DNA of 21,669 nucleotides from a virus (Duplodnaviria; Heunggongvirae; Uroviricota; Caudoviricetes): IMG/VR virus record IMGVR_UViG_2529293061_000008; one strand, 5' to 3'. Shown piece by piece: positions 17,512 to 21,669 of this stretch (position 1 is its first letter; each line of letters starts with the position of its first letter). The notes under the pieces were generated by a model. It saw only the letters and a program-made list of their open reading frames with translations, ran no database searches and was not told where the DNA came from. The position numbers and the translations under genes were made by a program.

Positions 17512-17950
17512 ACTGCAGAAGGTGGACGACTGGCTGAGTGCCTTGCTGGCGAATCTGGAACCAGCCTCGAGAAGCCGCATGATGCGCCAGCTGGCGCAGG
17601 AACTTCGCCGGACACAGCAGCAGAATATCAGGATGCAGCGCAACCCTGACGGCAGCAGCTATGAACCGCGACGGGTAACAGCACGCAGTAAAAAAGGCCG
17701 TATCAAACGTCAGATGTTTGCAAAGCTGCGCACCACAAAATACCTGAAAACTGCCGCCAGCACCGACTCTGCCAGCGTGCAGTTTGAAGGCAAGGTGCAG
17801 CGCATTGCCCGCGTTCACCATTACGGCCTGCGAGATCGCGTCAGTCGTAAGGGACCGGAGGTGCGTTACGCAGAGCGTCGCCTTCTGGGTGTAAATGATG
17901 ATGTTGAGGCAATGACCCGCGACATGATTCTGCAATGGCTGGCGGGGTGA
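17504..17950 (+). CDS. S: Tail completion protein S (P2 gpS homologue)
   Basis: GTG start overlapping R stop; 148 aa; gene order. Confidence 0.75.
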   Translation: MAELQKVDDWLSALLANLEPASRSRMMRQLAQELRRTQQQNIRMQRNPDGSSYEPRRVTARSKKGRIKRQMFAKLRTTKYLKTAASTDSASVQFEGKVQRIARVHHYGLRDRVSRKGPEVRYAERRLLGVNDDVEAMTRDMILQWLAG

Positions 17951-17953
17951 TCT

Positions 17954-17973
17954 TTGTATCAGCACTGATACAA
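17954..17973. promoter_or_regulatory. Perfect 20-bp palindrome TTGTATCAGCACTGATACAA (TGT-N12-ACA) between S and V; candidate late-activator site for the V operon
   Basis: Read from sequence; centre is 55.5 bp upstream of the V start codon, the same distance as the dyad upstream of P. Confidence 0.45.
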
Positions 17974-18018
17974 GTTGCAGCACTGCCGCCTTTCTTCCCC
18001 TGATGGCAACCTTTCCCT

Positions 18019-18597
18019 ATGAACGCACAATTAACCGAAATCATGCGCCTTATCACCAACCTGATCCGCACAGGGGTAGTCACCGAAGTGGACAGGGAAA
18101 ACTGGCTTTGCCGGGTGAAAACGGGCGAGCTTGAAACCAACTGGATCAGCTGGCTGACGCTGCGTGCCGGGAATGCCCGTACATGGTGGCGACCATCGGA
18201 AGGTGAGCAGGTGGTGCTGCTGAGTCTGGGCGGCAATCTGGAAACCGCCTTTGCGCTGCCCGCTGTCTATTCGAATCAGTTCGCACCACCGTCGACGTCG
18301 GCGGACGCCTGCGTGACAGAACATCCTGACGGTGGCTGGTTTGAATACGAACCCGCCACCGGGCGCTGGTATGTCAGGGGCATCAAATCAATGGTCATTG
18401 AGGCTGCTGACAACATCACCATGAAAACCAGTGAGTTTGTACTGGAGGCTGACCGCACGCGCATTAACAGCGAAGTGGTGATCAATGGTGGCGTTACCCA
18501 GGGCGGCGGAGCGATGAGTTCTAACGGGATCGTGGTTGATGCGCATCAGCATACTGGCGTCCTGAAAGGCGGCGATACAACCGGAGGCCCGGTATGA
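18019..18597 (+). CDS. V: Baseplate spike/assembly protein V (P2 gpV homologue)
   Basis: 192 aa; N-terminus resembles P2 V as recalled. Confidence 0.85.
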   Translation: MNAQLTEIMRLITNLIRTGVVTEVDRENWLCRVKTGELETNWISWLTLRAGNARTWWRPSEGEQVVLLSLGGNLETAFALPAVYSNQFAPPSTSADACVTEHPDGGWFEYEPATGRWYVRGIKSMVIEAADNITMKTSEFVLEADRTRINSEVVINGGVTQGGGAMSSNGIVVDAHQHTGVLKGGDTTGGPV

Positions 18598-18953
18598 CGC
18601 TTTATAGCGGGATGAACAATACCAGCGGCAAAGTCATTACTGATATTGATCATCTGCGCCAGTCGGTGCGGGACATTCTGCTGACACCGCAGGGTAGCCG
18701 TATTGCCCGCCGGGAATATGGTTCCCTGCTGTCGGCACTGATAGATCAGCCACAAAATCCGGCATTACGCCTGCAGGTCATGTCGGCAGTGTATGTGGCG
18801 CTGAGTCGCTGGGAGCCACGGTTGACGCTGGATTCCATCACCATCAACAGCAATTTTGACGGTTCAATGGTGGTGGAGCTGACCGGGCGGCGGAATAACG
18901 GTGTGCCTGTGTCCCTTTCCGTATCAACAGGAGCAGAGAATGGCAGTGATTGA
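18594..18953 (+). CDS. W: Baseplate wedge protein W (P2 gpW, gp25-like)
   Basis: 119 aa; start overlaps V stop (ATGA); order and size. Confidence 0.85.
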   Translation: MTLYSGMNNTSGKVITDIDHLRQSVRDILLTPQGSRIARREYGSLLSALIDQPQNPALRLQVMSAVYVALSRWEPRLTLDSITINSNFDGSMVVELTGRRNNGVPVSLSVSTGAENGSD

Positions 18954-19848
18954 CCTTTCGCAGTTGCCTGCACCGCAGATTGTGGATGTGCCGGACTTTG
19001 AGACGCTGCTTGCCGAACGCAAGGCAGAATTTGTGGCGCTTCATCCGAAAGATGAGCAGGAAGCAGTGATCCGCACGCTGGAACTGGAATCTGAACCCGC
19101 CACTAAATTGTTGCAGGAGAATGCTTACCGTGAGTTGCTTCTGCGCCAGCGCATTAACGAAGCCGCGCAGGCGGTGATGGTGGCTTACGCGATGGGCGGC
19201 GATCTTGACCAGCTCGCTGCCAACTACAACGTGACACGCCTGACGGTGACGCCTGCTGATAATGATGCTGTGCCGCCCGTTGCAGCTGTGATGGAAAGCG
19301 ATGAAGCGTTACGCCTGCGTGTGCCTGCAGCCTTTGAAGGGCTTTCTGTTGCGGGGCCAACTGCAGCTTATGAATTTCATGCCCGAAGCGCCGACGGTCG
19401 GGTGGCGGATGCCAGTGCAACCAGCCCGGCACCTGCAGAGGTGGTGCTGACTGTCCTTAGCCGCGAAGGCGATGGAACTGCAGAAAAAGACCTGCTGGAC
19501 GTGGTGGAAAAAGCTCTGAACAGTGAGAACGTCCGCCCGGTGGCTGACCGTCTTACGGTTCGCAGCGCAGAAATCATCCCGTATCGCGTGGAAGCCACCA
19601 TTTTTCTCTATCCTGGACCGGAAGCAGAGCCGGTAATGGCAGCGGCAAAAGCCAGCCTGCAGAAGTACATCGCCAGTCAGACGCGTCTTGGTCGGGATAT
19701 TCGCCGTAGCGCCATCTTTGCCGCCCTGCATGTTGAGGGGGTGCAGCGTGTGGAGCTGGCTTCTCCTCTGGCGGATGTGGTCCTGAACAAAACACAGGCG
19801 GCATCATGTACGCAGTGGAGCGTAACCAACGGAGGAACGGATGAATAG
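18940..19848 (+). CDS. J: Baseplate assembly protein J (P2 gpJ homologue)
   Basis: ATG 18940 with AGGAG RBS gives MAVIDLSQLPAP...; 302 aa, same length as P2 J. Confidence 0.9.
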   Translation: MAVIDLSQLPAPQIVDVPDFETLLAERKAEFVALHPKDEQEAVIRTLELESEPATKLLQENAYRELLLRQRINEAAQAVMVAYAMGGDLDQLAANYNVTRLTVTPADNDAVPPVAAVMESDEALRLRVPAAFEGLSVAGPTAAYEFHARSADGRVADASATSPAPAEVVLTVLSREGDGTAEKDLLDVVEKALNSENVRPVADRLTVRSAEIIPYRVEATIFLYPGPEAEPVMAAAKASLQKYIASQTRLGRDIRRSAIFAALHVEGVQRVELASPLADVVLNKTQAASCTQWSVTNGGTDE

Positions 19849-20446
19849 TCTGCTGCCACCGGGTTCAACACCACTGGAGCGCCGACTGGCGCAAACCTGC
19901 AGCGGGATTTCTGATCTGCAGGTGCCGCTTCGTGACTTGTGGAATCCGGCAACCTGTCCGGTCAGTTTCCTGCCTTATCTCGCCTGGGCGTTCTCTGTGG
20001 ATCGCTGGGACGAGGGCTGGACAGAAAGCGTCAAGCGCCAGGTGGTGAAGGATGCTTTTTATATTCATCAGCATAAAGGGACCACCAGTGCCGTGCGGCG
20101 GGGGGTGGAGCCGTTCGGATTCCTGATCCGCATTATTGAGTGGTGGCAGACCGGAGAAACACCGGGCACGTTTCGCCTGGATATCGGCGTGCAGGACCAG
20201 GGCATCACTGAAGATACCTATCTGGAACTTGAGCGACTGATAAGCGATGCCAAACCATGTAGCCGCCACATGATCGGCATGTCCATCAATCTGCAGACCA
20301 GCGGCCCGCATTGGGTGGGAGCCGCCAGCTATCTTGGCGAAGAAATCACGATCTATCCGTATATCAACGAAACGATTATTTCCGGTGGCACCGCGCATGA
20401 AGGCGGGGCGGTCCATGTTATTGATACAATGAGAGTGAATCCATGA
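19841..20446 (+). CDS. I: Tail/baseplate protein I (P2 gpI homologue)
   Basis: LWNPATCP, LAWAFSVDRWDE and PGTFRLDIGV resemble P2 I as recalled. Confidence 0.85.
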   Translation: MNSLLPPGSTPLERRLAQTCSGISDLQVPLRDLWNPATCPVSFLPYLAWAFSVDRWDEGWTESVKRQVVKDAFYIHQHKGTTSAVRRGVEPFGFLIRIIEWWQTGETPGTFRLDIGVQDQGITEDTYLELERLISDAKPCSRHMIGMSINLQTSGPHWVGAASYLGEEITIYPYINETIISGGTAHEGGAVHVIDTMRVNP

Positions 20447-21669
20447 GCACAAAATTTTATACCCTGCTGACGGATATTGGCGCGGCGAAACTTGCCAGCG
20501 CCGCCGCGCTCGGTGTGCCGCTAAAAATTACCCATATGGCGGTGGGCGATGGCGGGGGAGTATTGCCAACGCCGGACGCAAAGCAGACGGCACTGGTAAA
20601 TGAGAAACGCCGGGCTGCGCTGAATATGCTTTATATCGACCCGCAGAACAGCAGCCAGATTATTGCCGAACAGGTGATCCCTGAAAACGAGGGCGGTTGG
20701 TGGATACGTGAAGTGGGCTTGTTTGATGAGTCCGGGGCATTGATTGCCGTGGGCAACTGCCCGGAAAGCTATAAGCCGCAACTGGCTGAAGGTAGCGGGC
20801 GCACTCAGACCGTGCGCATGGTGCTGATTACCAGCAGCACGGACAATATCACCATGAAAATCGACCCTGCTGTAGTGCTGGCAACCCGCAAGTATGTGGA
20901 TGACAAGGCACTGGAGCTGAAGGTGTACGCGGATGATCAGATGGCAAAACATCTTGCCGCACCGGACCCGCATTCACAGTACGCGCCAAAAGCCAGCCCG
21001 ACATTTACCGGAACCCCCAAAGCGCCAACGCCAGCGGCGGGGAATAATACCACGCAGGTTGCGACCACTGCGTTTGTACAGGCGGCACTGACGGCCCTTA
21101 TTAATGGTGCGCCAGCCACGCTGGACACGCTGAAAGAAATAGCCGCAGCCATTAACAATGATCCGAATTTCAGTACCACCATTAACAATGCGCTGGCACT
21201 AAAAGCACCGTTGTCGAGTCCGGCACTCACCGGAACGCCAACAGCCCCCACGGCGGCGCAGTCGGTCAACAATACACAGATTGCCACTACGGCTTTTGTG
21301 AAATCGGCGATTGCAGGAATGGTGGGTTCTGCACCTGCTGCACTGGATACACTGAACGAACTGGCGGCGGCACTGGGGAATGATCCGAACTTTGCCACGA
21401 CAATGCTTAATGCGCTGGCAGGTAAACAACCGCTGGACAATACGCTTACCAATTTGAGTGGAAAGGATGTAGCTGGTCTTCTCACATACCTTGGTTTGGG
21501 AGAAGGCTCTGCATTACCTGTTGGTGTCCCTGTTCCGTGGCCTTCAGCCACTCCGCCGACAGGCTGCCTGAAAAGAAACCGAGCGCTAATCCTGCAGAAA
21601 ATACCCGGATGGAACCATCATTCAAATGGGAATATCAGCATCAGGACCATTAGGCTCACCTGTAAATAT
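20443..21669 (+). CDS. H: Tail fibre protein H, 5' partial (runs off the window end)
   Basis: ATG 20443 overlaps I stop; open frame to the window end; N-terminus MSTKFYTLLTDIGAAKLA... resembles P2 H. Not in the ORF table because no stop is reached. Confidence 0.85.
   Translation, partial: MSTKFYTLLTDIGAAKLASAAALGVPLKITHMAVGDGGGVLPTPDAKQTALVNEKRRAALNMLYIDPQNSSQIIAEQVIPENEGGWWIREVGLFDESGALIAVGNCPESYKPQLAEGSGRTQTVRMVLITSSTDNITMKIDPAVVLATRKYVDDKALELKVYADDQMAKHLAAPDPHSQYAPKASPTFTGTPKAPTPAAGNNTTQVATTAFVQAALTALINGAPATLDTLKEIAAAINNDPNFSTTINNALALKAPLSSPALTGTPTAPTAAQSVNNTQIATTAFVKSAIAGMVGSAPAALDTLNELAAALGNDPNFATTMLNALAGKQPLDNTLTNLSGKDVAGLLTYLGLGEGSALPVGVPVPWPSATPPTGCLKRNRALILQKIPGWNHHSNGNISIRTIRLTCKY
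20995..21438 (+). repeat. Intragenic tandem duplication (2 x 222 bp, 74 codons) within tail fibre gene H
   Basis: Translations SPTFTGTPKAPT...TTAFV...LDTLKE...NDPNF and SPALTGTPTAPT...TTAFV...LDTLNE...NDPNF repeat with a 222-nt offset. Confidence 0.6.

Noticed and set aside
20521-21551. Minus-strand ORFs 20521..20973 and 20937..21551
   Set aside because: Antisense to the open tail-fibre H frame, whose translation matches P2 H; low-complexity Ala/Gly-rich artefacts of GC-rich coding sequence.
21566-21596. Possible Gin/Cin/Hin-type invertase crossover site (core AAACCGAG) near the 3' end of H
   Set aside because: Only the 8-bp core resembles gix; flanking half-sites show no dyad symmetry, so there is no support for an inversion site within the window.
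1-21669. tRNA, rRNA, CRISPR arrays, IS elements or integrase/att sites
   Set aside because: No cloverleaf-like candidates, no regular repeat-spacer arrays, no transposase-like ORFs or terminal inverted repeats were seen; integrase and attachment sites presumably lie outside the window.

Overview
This window is most of a P2/186-family (Peduovirus-like) temperate phage or prophage, with 186-type regulation. Left to right: an AT-rich immunity switch with a cI-type repressor on the minus strand (interrupted by an in-frame TAA), then apl and cII; a tightly coupled early operon (small ORFs, TraR/DksA-like zinc finger, Dam methylase, an uncharacterised protein, replication endonuclease A); a LexA-box-controlled tum-like/DinI-like pair; a terminator, a GATC cluster and a probable cos site; a low-GC two-gene cargo island; then the late genes Q and P (minus strand) and O, N, M, L, X, holin, endolysin, lysA, lysB/lysC, R, S, V, W, J, I and the 5' part of tail fibre H (plus strand). 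The main candidate for a new system is the cargo pair at 7511-9162: a HipA-family kinase core followed by a protein joining a HipS-like domain to a HIRAN-like domain. All protein-family calls rest on reading the translations against remembered family motifs; no database search was run. No tRNA, rRNA, CRISPR array or IS element was seen.
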